Source of the DNA: an uncultured Actinomycetes bacterium
GTDB taxonomy: Bacteria; Actinomycetota; Thermoleophilia; Gaiellales; JAICJC01
Reading direction: 5' to 3'
Assembly: GCA_963701125.1 (NCBI GenBank)
Contig: OY969568.1
Location: 3,571,108 to 3,635,107 of the forward strand
DNA length: 64,000 nucleotides
In this document: in pieces, positions 44,189 to 56,359 of the stretch
Layout of the letters: each line of letters begins with the position of its first letter
Position numbering within the stretch: position 1 is the stretch's first letter
Program-made: the position numbers and the translations under genes
The notes under the pieces: model-generated
Database searches by the model: none
What the model was told of the DNA's origin: nothing
Seen by the model: only the letters and a program-made list of their open reading frames with translations

Positions 44189-45919
44189 CTAGAGGCGGAA
44201 GTGCGAGACGAGCCGCTCGAGCGTCTGTGCGGTGGCCGCGAGCTCCTGCGACGAGGCGTTGATCTGCTGTGCGGCGGCGCTCGTCTCCTCGGCCGACGAC
44301 GAGACCTCCTGCGTGGCGGCAGAGGACTCCTCGGCGACGACCGCGACCTGCGACGAGGACGCCGCGATCTGCTCGATCCGGTGAGTCATGTCCTCGACGG
44401 CGGCGCCGATCTGGCCGAAGGCCGTGCGCGCCTCGGCCACGATGGCCGCGCTCTCGTCGCTGCGCTGGGCGCTCTCGGTGGCGGCGGCGACCGTGCGCTG
44501 CGTCTCGACCTGGATCTCGCCGATCAGGCCGGCGATCTGCTCGGCGGCGCGGCGCGACTCCTCGGCCAGCTTGCGCACCTCCTCGGCGACGACGGCGAAG
44601 CCGCGGCCCTGCTCGCCGGCGCGGGCGGCCTCGATGGCCGCGTTGAGCGCCAGCAGGTTCGTCTGGCCGGCGATGCCCGAGATCGTCTCGACGATCCCGC
44701 CGATCCGCTCCGAGCGGTTCGCCAGCTCGCCGATGGCATCGGCCATGTCGGCCGACGACTGGCGGACGGCCGCCATCGCACCGGTGGCCTGCTCGGCGGC
44801 GCCGACGCCGCGGGCGGCCACCTCGCTCGCCTGCCCGGCGGCCGTGGCGGACTCGGACGCGAGATCGCGGGTCGTCTGCACCATCGCCAGCTGGCGGTCG
44901 GCGCCGCCGGCGACGTTCTGGACAGCGCGCGCGATGTCGTCGACGGCCCGGCTCGTCTCGCTCGACGTGGCGGTCAGCTCCTGCGATGCCCCGCTCAGGT
45001 GCGTCGCCGCGCCCGACACCTCGGTGATCACGTTTCGGAGCGCCTCGACCATCCGGGCGACCGCGTGCGAGAGGACGTCGTGCTCGGACTTCGGCGTGAC
45101 CTCGACCGCCAGGTCGCCGCCGGCGACCCGTGTCACCGAGTCGGCGAGCTCCTGCAGGTAGGCCATCATCCGGCCGAACGCGCGGGTGGCGTCGCCGAGC
45201 TCGTCGGTGTTCTCGGTGTTCACGTCGTGGTCGAGCTCGCCCAGCGCGATGCCCTCGGCCGCTGCCAGCAGCCGCTGGGCGCGCCGGCCGATGCGGCGGG
45301 TGAGCAGCGTCGCGAGCGCCGTCGCCGTCACGAGGGCCGTCAGGCTGAACAGCGCGATTGCCCACTCCGCGTGGCTCGAGGTGCTCCCGGCCTGCGCCGT
45401 CAGCGTCGTCTCACGCGTCCGAAGCGTCGACTGATAGGCGGTGAGCGCCTCGACGATGCCGTCGCTGGCCTGGTCGGCGGAGCCGTTGAGAATCGCCTTG
45501 GCCTGCGCATGGCGGCCGGCGGTGAGCAGTCCGAACATCCGCGTGCCGACGGCGTTGGAATGGGCGACGGCGGCGTCGATGCGTGCGACCGCGGCGTGGT
45601 CGCTGCCGGTGCCCGCCAGCGCGTCCAGCCGGTGGAGCGCCCGCATGAAGGTCGTGTGATCGGCCGCGTAGTCGGCCTGCGCGCTCGCGGTCGAGGCGAG
45701 CACCGCGCGCGTCTGCGAGAAGTGCATGTCGGCGGCCGCAGAGCGGACGTCGTCCGCAGCGATCAGGCGCGGGGTCACCGAGCGGTCGACGCTGTTCGAG
45801 ACCGAAGTCAGCTCCGAGAGGCCCCACCATGCGACGCCGGAGAGCCCGAGCAGCAGGAGCACGACGACACCGAAGCTCAGGCCGAGCTTCGACCTGATCG
45901 TCCCTGCGATGGCTGGCAT
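44189..45919 (-). CDS. Methyl-accepting chemotaxis protein (4HB-type sensor, HAMP, MA domain)
   Basis: The highly conserved signalling hairpin [40 protein letters not shown], with two TM segments. ATG at 45919 follows ggag. Confidence 0.9.
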   Translation of the reverse strand: MPAIAGTIRSKLGLSFGVVVLLLLGLSGVAWWGLSELTSVSNSVDRSVTPRLIAADDVRSAAADMHFSQTRAVLASTASAQADYAADHTTFMRALHRLDALAGTGSDHAAVARIDAAVAHSNAVGTRMFGLLTAGRHAQAKAILNGSADQASDGIVEALTAYQSTLRTRETTLTAQAGSTSSHAEWAIALFSLTALVTATALATLLTRRIGRRAQRLLAAAEGIALGELDHDVNTENTDELGDATRAFGRMMAYLQELADSVTRVAGGDLAVEVTPKSEHDVLSHAVARMVEALRNVITEVSGAATHLSGASQELTATSSETSRAVDDIARAVQNVAGGADRQLAMVQTTRDLASESATAAGQASEVAARGVGAAEQATGAMAAVRQSSADMADAIGELANRSERIGGIVETISGIAGQTNLLALNAAIEAARAGEQGRGFAVVAEEVRKLAEESRRAAEQIAGLIGEIQVETQRTVAAATESAQRSDESAAIVAEARTAFGQIGAAVEDMTHRIEQIAASSSQVAVVAEESSAATQEVSSSAEETSAAAQQINASSQELAATAQTLERLVSHFRL

Positions 45920-46001
45920 GTGCGGCTCCTGATCCGAACGACGGCTTGGCGCGGGCGACGCGCGCCGCGCATCCGGGTGATCGGCCGCTCCCCGATCTGG
46001 A

Positions 46002-46973
46002 TTAGGCGACGAGGCGCGCAGCCGCCCGCGTGCGGGCGTCATCCGGCGCGAACGAGGCGTCGAGCGCCGCGCGGTTGCAGCGGGCCAGGTCGGCATCCGA
46101 CCAGGCGAACGTGGCCCGCAGCCGCGCGTACTCGCGCTCGAGGTCGATGTCGGTGGTCGCGCGGCAGTCGGTGTTCACACCGAGCGACACGCCCCGCCGG
46201 TAGAGCGCGTCGATCGGGTGATCGGCGTAGGTGTCGCACAGGTCGGTCTGGACGTTGGACGACGGGCACAGCTCGAGGTGGATGCCCGTCTCGACCAGGT
46301 GGTCGACCAGCGCCGGATCCTCGATGCTGCGCGCGCCGTGGCCGATGCGCTCGGGCCGCAGCCGGCGCAGCGTCTCCCACACGCTCGCGGGCCCCGACCC
46401 CTCGCCGGCGTGGGCGGTGCGGCGCAGGCCGTGCTCCTCGGCGAGGCGGAACGCGGCCTCGTGCGCGTCGAGCGGATAGCCGGCCTCGTCACCGGCGATG
46501 TCGAGCGCGACCACGAGCGATCCCCGGAACCGGTCGACGAGCTCCACGGTCTCGAGACTCTGGGCGGCGGCGAAGTGGCGCAGCGTGCACAGGATCAGGC
46601 GGGCATCGACGCCGCTTGCGGCGATCGCCCGACCGACCGCAGCATCGACGATCTCGACGACCTCGGTCGCGGTCAGGTCGCCCTCGGTGTGCAGGTGGGG
46701 CGCGAACCGGGCCTCGGCATAGACGACGTTGTCGCGCGCGAGCTGGTCGAACAGGTCGTCGACCATCACCTCGAGGCCGCGCCTGTCCTGCATCAGCGCC
46801 ACGATGCGCGGCGGCCGCAGCAGGAAGTCGGCCAGGTTGGTGCACTTGGCGGGGGCGACGAAGTCGGTTCGGTACTGCTCGAGCGTCACCTCGGGCCGCA
46901 GCCGGGCGACGGCGGCATGGCTCGCGGCACAGTCGAGGTGGAGGTGCAGCTCGACCTTGGGCAGCCCCGGCAT
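46002..46973 (-). CDS. add: Adenosine deaminase
   Basis: [10 protein letters not shown], ...HAGE..., and [12 protein letters not shown] (SxNTDD-like). Confidence 0.85.
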   Translation of the reverse strand: MPGLPKVELHLHLDCAASHAAVARLRPEVTLEQYRTDFVAPAKCTNLADFLLRPPRIVALMQDRRGLEVMVDDLFDQLARDNVVYAEARFAPHLHTEGDLTATEVVEIVDAAVGRAIAASGVDARLILCTLRHFAAAQSLETVELVDRFRGSLVVALDIAGDEAGYPLDAHEAAFRLAEEHGLRRTAHAGEGSGPASVWETLRRLRPERIGHGARSIEDPALVDHLVETGIHLELCPSSNVQTDLCDTYADHPIDALYRRGVSLGVNTDCRATTDIDLEREYARLRATFAWSDADLARCNRAALDASFAPDDARTRAAARLVA

Positions 46974-47008
46974 CGGCGGATCGTAGTCCGGCGATACTGT
47001 CGGGCGGC

Positions 47009-47698
47009 ATGCCCGGCCGCCAGCACCTGATCTTCGACGCCGACGACACGCTGTGGGAGAACAACATCGTGTTCGAGGCGGTGATCGCGGACTTCATCAC
47101 CTGGATCGACCATCCGCAGCTGGCCGAGGCCGAGGTGCGGGCGGTGCTCGACGAGGTCGAGCGCCTGCACGCGGCCGAGCACGGGTACGGCACCAAGGTC
47201 TTCGCGCTCACGCTCGAGGTGACGGCGCGGCGGCTGCGCGAAGGCGAGCTCACCGACCCGGATCGCGAGCAGATCGCACGGCTGCTGTCGCGGCTCGCAT
47301 GGGATCAGCTCGAGATCATCGAGGGCGTGCCCGAGACGCTGGCCGAGCTGCGCGGCCGGCACGACCTGCTCCTCCTGACCAAGGGCGACCACGAGGAGCA
47401 GGCCCACAAGATCGCCCGCTCTGGCCTCGCGCAGTACTTCCGGCGCACGGTGATCACGCCCGAGAAGAACGCGGAGACCTACCGCGACCTGGTCGTGACC
47501 GCCATGCTCGACCCGGCCCGGACGTGGATGATCGGGAACTCGCCGCGCTCGGACATCCTGCCGGCGGTCGAGGCCGGCCTGCGCGGCGTGTTCGTCCCCC
47601 ACGAGCACACCTGGCGCCTGGAGCATTCCGAGCTGCCCGAGACGCACGACCGCATCCTGCGGCTGCCGCACTTTCGCGCCCTGCTCGACCACTTCTAG
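47009..47698 (+). CDS. HAD-superfamily hydrolase
   Basis: LIFDADDTLW (DxDxT), LLTKGD, and MIGNSPRSDI motifs. ATG at 47009, only 35 bp from the divergent add start. Confidence 0.75.
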   Translation: MPGRQHLIFDADDTLWENNIVFEAVIADFITWIDHPQLAEAEVRAVLDEVERLHAAEHGYGTKVFALTLEVTARRLREGELTDPDREQIARLLSRLAWDQLEIIEGVPETLAELRGRHDLLLLTKGDHEEQAHKIARSGLAQYFRRTVITPEKNAETYRDLVVTAMLDPARTWMIGNSPRSDILPAVEAGLRGVFVPHEHTWRLEHSELPETHDRILRLPHFRALLDHF

Positions 47699-47731
47699 CG
47701 GCCGCGCAGCCGGGAAGCGGGACGGAGAGGC

Positions 47732-47765
47732 GGGGACTGTCCCCGATCGATCGGGGACAGTCCCC
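47732..47765. repeat. Doublet of the 13-bp palindrome forming a perfect 34-bp palindrome (GGGGACTGTCCCC gatcgatc GGGGACAGTCCCC)
   Basis: Read directly. It lies between the convergent HAD and ahcY 3' ends and is a possible bidirectional terminator. Confidence 0.9.
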
Positions 47766-47787
47766 AGCGCTTCGCGCTTGCCGCCGC

Positions 47788-49242
<1,455 letters not shown>

Positions 49243-49264
49243 GAAGGCTCCAGAAGGGTCGGAA

Positions 49265-50206
49265 TCAGGGCTGTGAGACGAGCTCGACGGGCGTGTGCTC
49301 GAACGTGCTGATGCGGGTCAGGCCGTCGACGCGGGTGCGGATCTCGTCCGAGCGCAGCCGCGCGACGCGGTCGGTGCCGAACTCCTCCACGTTGAACGAC
49401 GCGAGCGCCGTTCCGTACGCCATCGCCTGTCGCAGCACGTCGTCGGTGACGCCGTGCTCCACATGCCGTGCAACATAGCCCAGGAAGCCGCCCGCGAACG
49501 TGTCACCGGCGCCCGTCGGGTCGACGACGCTCTCGAGCGGGAAGGCGGGCAGCGAGAAGTACGAGTCGGGCGTGAACATGGCGGCGCCGTACTCGCCCTG
49601 CTTGGAGACGATCACGCGCGGCCCCATCAGCAGCAGGTCGCGCGCGGCCGTGACGAGGTTCGGCTTGCCGGTGAGCTGGCGCAGCTCGGCGTCGTTCAGG
49701 AGCACGCAGTCGACCCGCCGGATCACGTCCATCAGCTCGTCCCGGGCGCTCGAGATCCAGTAGTTCATCGAGTCGAGGGCGACGAAGCGCGCCGAGGTGC
49801 AGCTCTCGCGCACCGCGAGCTGGAGCGACGGCTGGATGTTGGCCAGGAAGAGGACGTCGCAGGCGCGCGACGCCGGCGAGAGCTTCGGCTCGAACTCGGC
49901 GAAGACGCCGAGCTCGGTCGCGAGCGTGTGGCACTGGTTCAGGTCCCAGCCGTACTCGCCGTGCCAGAAGAACGTCCGCCCGCCGGACACCCGCTCGATG
50001 TCCGAGACGTCGGTGCCACGGGTGCGCAGGACGTCGATCTCGGCGTCGCCGAAGTCGTCGCCCACCGGTCCGACGACGCTGACCGTGTCGAAGAACGACG
50101 CCGCCAGGGCGAAGTAGGTCGCGGCGCCGCCGAGCATCCGCTCGCGCTCGCCGAAGGGGCTCTTGACCCGATCAAAGGCGATCGAGCCGACGACCGTTAC
50201 GCCCAT
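49265..50206 (-). CDS. PfkB-family kinase (adenosine/sugar kinase-like)
   Basis: [13 protein letters not shown] motif and PfkB fold pattern. ATG at 50206. Confidence 0.75.
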   Translation of the reverse strand: MGVTVVGSIAFDRVKSPFGERERMLGGAATYFALAASFFDTVSVVGPVGDDFGDAEIDVLRTRGTDVSDIERVSGGRTFFWHGEYGWDLNQCHTLATELGVFAEFEPKLSPASRACDVLFLANIQPSLQLAVRESCTSARFVALDSMNYWISSARDELMDVIRRVDCVLLNDAELRQLTGKPNLVTAARDLLLMGPRVIVSKQGEYGAAMFTPDSYFSLPAFPLESVVDPTGAGDTFAGGFLGYVARHVEHGVTDDVLRQAMAYGTALASFNVEEFGTDRVARLRSDEIRTRVDGLTRISTFEHTPVELVSQP

Positions 50207-50222
50207 CGGGCGCCGCGCCTGG

Positions 50223-51458
50223 TCATGCCGACACCGCGGCGGCCGCGCCGAGCCCGGCGGCGGCGCGCAGGATGTCGGCGCGGTCGGTGCGCTCCCAGGT
50301 GAAATCGGGATCGTCGCGGCCGAAGTGGCCATAGGCGGCGGTCTTCTGATAGATCGGCCGGTGCAGGCGCAGCTCCTCGCGGAACGCTCCGGGGCGAAGG
50401 TCGAAGTGCTCCGAGATCAGCTCGGCGATCCGTCCCCGGCCGATGCGCTCGGTGCCGAACGTCTCGACCATCACCGAGACCGGATGCGCCACGCCGATCG
50501 CGTAGGCCACCTGCACCTCGGCGCGGCCGGCCAGGCCCGCCGCGACGACGTTCTTGGCCACCCAGCGCGCGGCGTAGGCGGCGGAGCGGTCGACCTTGGA
50601 CGGGTCCTTGCCACTGAACGCGCCCCCGCCGTGGCGGGCCATGCCGCCGTAGGTGTCGACGATGATCTTGCGGCCGGTGAGGCCGCAGTCGCCCATCGGG
50701 CCGCCGATCACGAACCGGCCGGTCGGGTTGACCAGGAAGTCGCGCCGCAGGAGGCGCTCGTCGTACAGGTCGATCGGGAGCACGTGCCGAACGACATGCT
50801 CCCAGAGGTCCGGCTTGATCTGCGTCTCGCAGTCGATGCCGTCGGCGTGCTGGGTCGAGATCAGGAGCTTCTCGACCGCGACCGGGCGGCCGTCGCGGTA
50901 ACGCACGGTCACCTGCGTCTTGCCGTCGGGGCGCAGATAGGGGATGAGGCCGCTCTTCCGGACTTCCGCCAATCGCCGCGCCAGGCCGTGGGCGAGGGCG
51001 ATCGGCATCGGCATCAGCTCGGGTGTCTCGTCCGTCGCGTAGCCGAACATCATCCCCTGGTCGCCCGCGCCGGCAGCCGCCACGCGATCGTCGTCGTCGC
51101 CGCCGCCGCGCGTCTCGTAGGCGTGGTCGACCCCCTGGGCGATGTCGGGCGACTGGCGGTCGATCGTGTTCATGACGGCGCAGGTGTCGCAGTCGAAGCC
51201 GTAGGCGGCGTTGTCGTAGCCGATCCGGCGCACCGTCTCGCGGGCGATGCCCTGGACGTCGACGTAGGTGGATGTCGAGATCTCGCCCGAGACGACGATC
51301 AGGCCCGTGTTCACCAGCGTCTCGCAGGCGACCCGTCCATACGGATCATCCGCGAGCACGGCGTCGAGGACGCCGTCCGAGATCTGATCGGCCATCTTGT
51401 CCGGGTGGCCCTCGGTCACCGACTCGGACGTGAAGAGATACTCGTTGTCTGCGGTCAT
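50223..51458 (-). CDS. metK: S-adenosylmethionine synthetase
   Basis: [25 protein letters not shown], and [19 protein letters not shown]. Confidence 0.95.
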   Translation of the reverse strand: MTADNEYLFTSESVTEGHPDKMADQISDGVLDAVLADDPYGRVACETLVNTGLIVVSGEISTSTYVDVQGIARETVRRIGYDNAAYGFDCDTCAVMNTIDRQSPDIAQGVDHAYETRGGGDDDDRVAAAGAGDQGMMFGYATDETPELMPMPIALAHGLARRLAEVRKSGLIPYLRPDGKTQVTVRYRDGRPVAVEKLLISTQHADGIDCETQIKPDLWEHVVRHVLPIDLYDERLLRRDFLVNPTGRFVIGGPMGDCGLTGRKIIVDTYGGMARHGGGAFSGKDPSKVDRSAAYAARWVAKNVVAAGLAGRAEVQVAYAIGVAHPVSVMVETFGTERIGRGRIAELISEHFDLRPGAFREELRLHRPIYQKTAAYGHFGRDDPDFTWERTDRADILRAAAGLGAAAAVSA

Positions 51459-53197
51459 GCGGGTGGAGCCTCGCTTTCTGCGGCTCGCGTCACCTCGACG
51501 AGGTACGCGATGATGACGTTCCGGTCTCCCAGGCGCAGGTGGTACGCGTCCGACAGCTGCTCCACCCGGTGGATCTGCTCCTCCTTGTCCTCGAACAGGT
51601 CCGAGAACTCGAAGAACCCGAAGTCTACGACCCTGGACGCGAATCCTGCCCGGTCGAGCAGCGCGGCGGTGCGCCGCTGGCCGATGATCGAGAGCTGCAT
51701 CAGGTAGAGAACGCCGTCTGCGGCGAGCGCCTCGGGCAGCATCGCGATCAGCCGATCGATCAGATTGCGGCCCCAGTAGTCGAGCGGCCGGTGGGTCGAG
51801 ACGGGCTCGAAGGGGTCGACCGGCGTCTGGTAGAGGCTCGCGACGATCACGTCGTAGCGCTCCTCGGGCACCCACGGGTAGAGGTCGACGGCCGCCGCTG
51901 TTACCCGGCCGGCGACGCCGTTTCGAAACGCGTTCGTGAGCGTGTTCTGCGCCGCACGGCGGTCGACGTCGATCGCGTGCACATGCTCGGCGCCGTTGCG
52001 GGCGAGCTGCACGGTCTGCAGGCCGGTGCCGCAGCCGACGTCGAGGCAGCGCAGGCCGGCGCCCACCCGCTGGCTGAACAGGTACTTCCACACCAGGTAG
52101 CTGCCCTGGGTGGGCACGAACACGCCCGGCTCGCACAGGATGTCGGGGAAGTCGAGCGGGTAGAGCGACGAGCCGCGGGCGTCCGTCCAGGGCTCGACCC
52201 GCGCCCCGGGGGGCAGCACGCCCTCGTCCGCCTCGGTGCCGACGAGTTCGAGCGGGCGCGCATTGCCGGGGCGGGTGCCGTCGAGGGCGGCGCGGGCGGC
52301 GGCGACGTGCTCGGGGCCGACACCGCAGCACCCGCCGACGATCTGGGCGCCCTCGTCGCGCCAGCGCAGGGCCATCTGCGCGTACTCCGCTCCGCCGATG
52401 CCCGACTCGGTGCGCCAGCCGGCCGTCGAGAGGTAGCCGAGGTTGGGGTACGCGCCGAGTGGCAGGTCGGTGAAGTCGCGCATCCACGAGATCATCCCGC
52501 CCACGTGGTCGGGGGGAATGCAGTTCACGAGCAGGGCGCTCACGCCCATCTGCTCGAACCGGCGGGCGGCGCGGCCGAACGAGTCGCCCTCCGGCCCGCC
52601 CCAGTGCTCGCCGTAGACGCCGCAGACGCCGCTTCGGCAGCGCCGGAAGCTGAGCCACACCGGCAGCGCCGTGCCCAGCAGGCGCTCGACGGTGTCGTAG
52701 GTCGTGGGGCGCACGAGCGAGAGCGTCTCGAGCAGGATGACGTCGGGCGGGTCGTCCTCGAACACGCGCGCGAGCAGGCGGATCGTCTCGGCCCCCTCGG
52801 GCGTGTCAACGTCGCCGTTCAGGCTGAACGCGACCGCGCACTCGCCGGTGCGGCCGGCGTCGGCGACCGCCTGGCGCGCGAGCTGCACGCCGCGGCGGGC
52901 GACGTCCATCCAGTGCACCGGCCGCTCGGCCTCCCACAGCTGCGGCCGCTCGTCGCGCAGCGCCGTCGGCAGGCCCCACGTGTCGGTGCTGATCACGTCG
53001 CAGCCGACCTCGACGTAGCGGCGGTGCACGCGCAGCACGTCCTCGGGGGAGCGCACGAGCGCGCCGGTGCCCCACAGCCGGTCTTCGAGCTCGGGATGCT
53101 CGCCCGCCGGCTCCCGCAGCTCCGTGGCGGTGCCGCCGTCGAGGATGACGCAGCGGTCCTGCTCGATCAGCTCGATGATCCGGGCGTGCGCGCTCAA
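51455..53197 (-). CDS. Fusion protein: homocysteine S-methyltransferase domain plus class I SAM-dependent methyltransferase domain
   Basis: N-terminal half: [10 protein letters not shown]...LLETL...[11 protein letters not shown]-terminal half: [30 protein letters not shown] overlap with metK. The start is uncertain: TTG at 53197, or ATG at 53299, which would overlap the divergent cupin gene. Confidence 0.75.
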   Translation of the reverse strand: MSAHARIIELIEQDRCVILDGGTATELREPAGEHPELEDRLWGTGALVRSPEDVLRVHRRYVEVGCDVISTDTWGLPTALRDERPQLWEAERPVHWMDVARRGVQLARQAVADAGRTGECAVAFSLNGDVDTPEGAETIRLLARVFEDDPPDVILLETLSLVRPTTYDTVERLLGTALPVWLSFRRCRSGVCGVYGEHWGGPEGDSFGRAARRFEQMGVSALLVNCIPPDHVGGMISWMRDFTDLPLGAYPNLGYLSTAGWRTESGIGGAEYAQMALRWRDEGAQIVGGCCGVGPEHVAAARAALDGTRPGNARPLELVGTEADEGVLPPGARVEPWTDARGSSLYPLDFPDILCEPGVFVPTQGSYLVWKYLFSQRVGAGLRCLDVGCGTGLQTVQLARNGAEHVHAIDVDRRAAQNTLTNAFRNGVAGRVTAAAVDLYPWVPEERYDVIVASLYQTPVDPFEPVSTHRPLDYWGRNLIDRLIAMLPEALAADGVLYLMQLSIIGQRRTAALLDRAGFASRVVDFGFFEFSDLFEDKEEQIHRVEQLSDAYHLRLGDRNVIIAYLVEVTRAAESEAPPA

Positions 53198-53207
53198 GGA
53201 GCCCGGA

Positions 53208-53555
53208 ATGGTAGGGGACGGGGGTATCCTGGCGCGCGTGAAGACGCCGCTCGTGATCGACTGGGACCGGCGCGAGTTCGCCGAGCTGCGGCCGCGCATC
53301 CACGGCAGTACGGTCGTCTCGGACGACCTGACCGTGACGATGTACCGCTACGGGCCCGGCTCGGAGTGGGAGGAGCACCGCCATCCCGAGGATCAGCTCA
53401 CGATCGTCGTCGAGGGCGAGATCGCATTCACCTCGGGCGGCGCCGAGCTGCGCCTCGGCCCCGGCCAGCAGGTGCTGATCCCCGGCGGCGTTCCGCACTC
53501 GGCCCGCGCCGGCGCCGCCGGCGTGGTCACGCTGAACGTGTGGCCGCCGCGGTAG
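53208..53555 (+). CDS. Cupin-domain protein
   Basis: EEHRHPEDQLTIVVEGEIAF...IPGGVPHSA. aaggag lies 6 nt upstream of the ATG at 53208; an alternative GTG is at 53238. Confidence 0.7.
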   Translation: MVGDGGILARVKTPLVIDWDRREFAELRPRIHGSTVVSDDLTVTMYRYGPGSEWEEHRHPEDQLTIVVEGEIAFTSGGAELRLGPGQQVLIPGGVPHSARAGAAGVVTLNVWPPR

Positions 53556-53559
53556 CGAT

Positions 53560-53587
53560 GGGGACTGTCCCCCTGGGGACAGTCCCC
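53560..53587. repeat. Doublet of the 13-bp palindrome with a 2-nt spacer (GGGGACTGTCCCC ct GGGGACAGTCCCC)
   Basis: Read directly. It lies 25 nt upstream of the P450 start codon and 5 nt after the cupin stop. Confidence 0.9.
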
Positions 53588-53612
53588 GCTTCTCGCGGTT
53601 TACGATGACCGC

Positions 53613-54818
53613 ATGGCGATCGCCTCCGACGCGCCCTACTTCGACGTCTCCGACCCGGACTTCTCGGTGGCGTCGGCCGAGGTGCGCGCCGCCCGCGACC
53701 GCAGCTGGTATGCACGCACCAATTTCGGCCTCGCGGTGCTGCGCTACGAGCAGACGAGCCTGCTCCTCAAGGACCGGCGCCTGCGCCAGGGCAGCTTCGC
53801 CTGGCCCGAGCAGCACGGCATCATGGAGGGGCCGCTTCACCGGTGGTGGTCGCTGATCATGCTGAGCGCCGAGGGCGACGACCACCGCCGCCTGCGCCGC
53901 ATGGCCAACCCGGCGTTCTCGCGCGCGCTGATGGAGCGGATGGTGCCCGGCTTCCGGCTGCTCGCGACCGAGCTCGTCGACGCCTTCGGCGACCGCGGGC
54001 GGTGCGAGTTTGTGTCGGAGTTCGCCGAGCCCTACTCGGCGCGCGTGCTGTGCCGCCTGGTCGGTCTCGACGAGGGCCGCTGGCACGACCTGTCGCACTG
54101 GTCGACCGACATCGGCCTCGCGTTCGGCGTGACGATCGCACGGGATCGCGATCGCATCGAGGCGGGCCTCGCACACATGTACGCGCTCGCCGGCGAGCTG
54201 GTCGCCGAGCGCCGGGCCGCGCCGGGCGACGACGTCATCTCGGCCCTCGTCGCCGCCCACGACGGCGACGGCCGCCTGACGCACGAGGAGCTCCTGGCGA
54301 TGATCACGCTGATCGTGTTCGGCGGCATGGACACGACCAAGAACCAGCTCGGCCTGGCGATGCAGCTCTTCATGGAGCGGCCGCAGCAGTGGGAGCTTCT
54401 GGCGGAGCGGCCGGAGCTGGCCGCAAACGCGGTCGAGGAGGTGATCCGCTGGAACCCGACCGTCGTCTGGACGACGCGGCGGGCGATGGAGGACATCGTC
54501 ATGGACGGCCTCGAGATCCCGGCCGGCACGACGCTGCACCTGCTGAGCCCGCCGGCGAACACCGACCCGCTCGCCGTCGGCACCGAGCCGTTCGACATCA
54601 CCCTCGAGCGGGGGACGCACTTCGGCTTCGGCGGCGGCGCCCACCACTGCCTGGGCCACTGGCTGGCGCGGATCGACATGCGCGAGGCGCTGCCCCTGCT
54701 CGCCCGGCGCCTGCGTGAGCCGCGCCTGGAGCGCCCGGCGACCCTGCGGCCGATCAGCGGCGTCACCGGACCCGTCGAGCTTCCGATCGCATTTCACCCA
54801 TCGCAGGAGGGACCATGA
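53613..54818 (+). CDS. Cytochrome P450
   Basis: Heme loop FGFGGGAHHCLG, I-helix FGGMDTT, and EEVIRW (ExxR). Confidence 0.9.
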   Translation: MAIASDAPYFDVSDPDFSVASAEVRAARDRSWYARTNFGLAVLRYEQTSLLLKDRRLRQGSFAWPEQHGIMEGPLHRWWSLIMLSAEGDDHRRLRRMANPAFSRALMERMVPGFRLLATELVDAFGDRGRCEFVSEFAEPYSARVLCRLVGLDEGRWHDLSHWSTDIGLAFGVTIARDRDRIEAGLAHMYALAGELVAERRAAPGDDVISALVAAHDGDGRLTHEELLAMITLIVFGGMDTTKNQLGLAMQLFMERPQQWELLAERPELAANAVEEVIRWNPTVVWTTRRAMEDIVMDGLEIPAGTTLHLLSPPANTDPLAVGTEPFDITLERGTHFGFGGGAHHCLGHWLARIDMREALPLLARRLREPRLERPATLRPISGVTGPVELPIAFHPSQEGP

Positions 54819-55003
54819 AAGTGACCGTCGACACCCAGACGTGCGACCACCACGGCCAGTGCATGATCGCCTGCCCCGAGGTGTTCAACCTGGTGGCGCC
54901 CGACAAGCTCGAGTACGTCGCCGAGCCGGACGAGAGCCTGCGCGACTGCGTCGAGGAGGCCGAGGCGGCCTGCCCGACGCTGTCGATCATGATCGAAGAC
55001 TGA
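54815..55003 (+). CDS. Small ferredoxin (3Fe-4S/4Fe-4S single-cluster type), P450 redox partner
   Basis: CDHHGQCMIACP...CP pattern. ATGA overlap with the P450 gene. Confidence 0.8.
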   Translation: MKVTVDTQTCDHHGQCMIACPEVFNLVAPDKLEYVAEPDESLRDCVEEAEAACPTLSIMIED

Positions 55004-55061
55004 CCGGCCGCCGGTAGAGCAGATTGCCCGCTGCGGGGAGGGCAGACCCCCCGATCGGCGT

Positions 55062-56024
55062 ATGGGAATCGCGGCGGCCGTGGTCGAGCCTTGCGGAATG
55101 CTCCGACCCACTCGCCTCCTCGTCGCCGTCGCGGCCCTCGCGGCCGCCCTCGCCGCCGCCGCGCCCGCCGCGCTCGCCACCTCGATCATCCCCAGCTCGG
55201 GCGCCTACCTCGGCGCGTTTGCCAACGAGCCGGGCGGCATCACCACCCTCGAATCCGACATGGGCCGCACGCTCGCCCTCGACCGCAGCTACATGCCGTG
55301 GACGTTCACCGGCTGGGCCAAGCGGATCGCCCCCGACGTGGCCGCCGGGCGCATCCCCGAGCTGGCCTGGTCGGCCGCGCCGACGACGACGGCCGCCGCC
55401 ATCGCCTCGGGGTCCCAGGACAAGGTCATCACCGCCGCCGCGAAGGCCATGCGTGCCACCGGCGCCCAGATCCTGCTCGTGCCGTGGTACGAGTTCGACC
55501 AGCCCAAGGGGCACCCGCGCTTCATCGGCGGCCCCAAGCGGGTGCGGGTCGCCTGGCGGCGGATGTTCGACATCTTCCAGAAGGTCGGCGCGACCAACGT
55601 GCACCTCGTGTGGACGCCCATGGCCTATGACTTCGGCCCGCACGCGAAGGTCGACGCCGCGTCGTTCTACCCCGGCGACGCCTACGTCCACTGGATCGGC
55701 GCCGATGCCTACAACCTGCCCGGCGCCCCGTTCCGCGCCCAGGCCGACCTGCTGAACCCGGCCGTGGCGTTCGCGACCCTGCACCGCAAGCCGTTCCTGG
55801 TCGGCGAGACGGCCAGTCTGACCGCGCTCGCGAGCACGCCCGCCTGGATCGAGGCCTACGGCGCGTGGGCGGCGCTGCACCCGGCGGTCAAGGCGATCAA
55901 CTTCTTCGACTCGATATCGCCCAAGGGCAACGACTTCCGCCTGATCGCCTATCCCGCGGCGCTGTCGGCGTTCACCGCGCTCGGCCAGGAGACGAACATG
56001 CAGGCGATGCCCGTCTCGCCATAG
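55062..56024 (+). CDS. Secreted glycoside-hydrolase-like protein (GH26-like)
   Basis: Signal peptide; LLVPWYEFD, YPGDAYVHWIGADAYN and FLVGETA resemble GH26 catalytic regions (from memory). A possible start lies at 55098. Confidence 0.5.
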   Translation: MGIAAAVVEPCGMLRPTRLLVAVAALAAALAAAAPAALATSIIPSSGAYLGAFANEPGGITTLESDMGRTLALDRSYMPWTFTGWAKRIAPDVAAGRIPELAWSAAPTTTAAAIASGSQDKVITAAAKAMRATGAQILLVPWYEFDQPKGHPRFIGGPKRVRVAWRRMFDIFQKVGATNVHLVWTPMAYDFGPHAKVDAASFYPGDAYVHWIGADAYNLPGAPFRAQADLLNPAVAFATLHRKPFLVGETASLTALASTPAWIEAYGAWAALHPAVKAINFFDSISPKGNDFRLIAYPAALSAFTALGQETNMQAMPVSP

Positions 56025-56041
56025 GGCACGCCCGCCCCTTG

Positions 56042-56284
56042 CTAGGAGTGGCCGTCCATCCAGCTCGACGCGTCGACCAGGTAGTCGGGCGCGCGGTCGG
56101 CCTGGATCTGCGTCAGGCCGCGGATCTCGTCGGCGCGGTAGAGCCGCGCGCGCCCGGTGCCGCGCCGGTACGAGCGCAGCCGCCCGCGTGACGCGTAGGC
56201 GTAGAGCGTGGCCCGCTTGACGCCGAGCACCGCGGCGGCCTCATCGGCGGTCAGGTACTCGATTCCCTCGACCATCACGGGCAT
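56042..56284 (-). CDS. Excisionase/MerR-type helix-turn-helix DNA-binding protein
   Basis: YLTADEAAAVLGVKRATLYAYASRGRLRSYR. ATG at 56284. Confidence 0.65.
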   Translation of the reverse strand: MPVMVEGIEYLTADEAAAVLGVKRATLYAYASRGRLRSYRRGTGRARLYRADEIRGLTQIQADRAPDYLVDASSWMDGHS

Positions 56285-56329
56285 CGGCTCAGTGTACGGG
56301 GCGGCGGCATGGGCGACGGTGCTATCATC

Positions 56330-56359
56330 ACAAATCAATCTATGTCAAGACAAATCAAT
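56330..56359. promoter_or_regulatory. Direct repeat ACAAATCAAT x2, 20 bp apart, in an AT-rich divergent promoter; the second copy lies just inside the start of the HMGL-like gene
   Basis: Read directly at 56330-56339 and 56350-56359. Confidence 0.5.

Noticed and set aside
49243-53299. SAM or SAH riboswitch in front of metK, ahcY or the operon's first gene
   Set aside because: The intergenic gaps are 22, 16 and 0 nt inside the operon. At most ~10-40 nt is available upstream of the first gene, which is too short for any known SAM/SAH aptamer.
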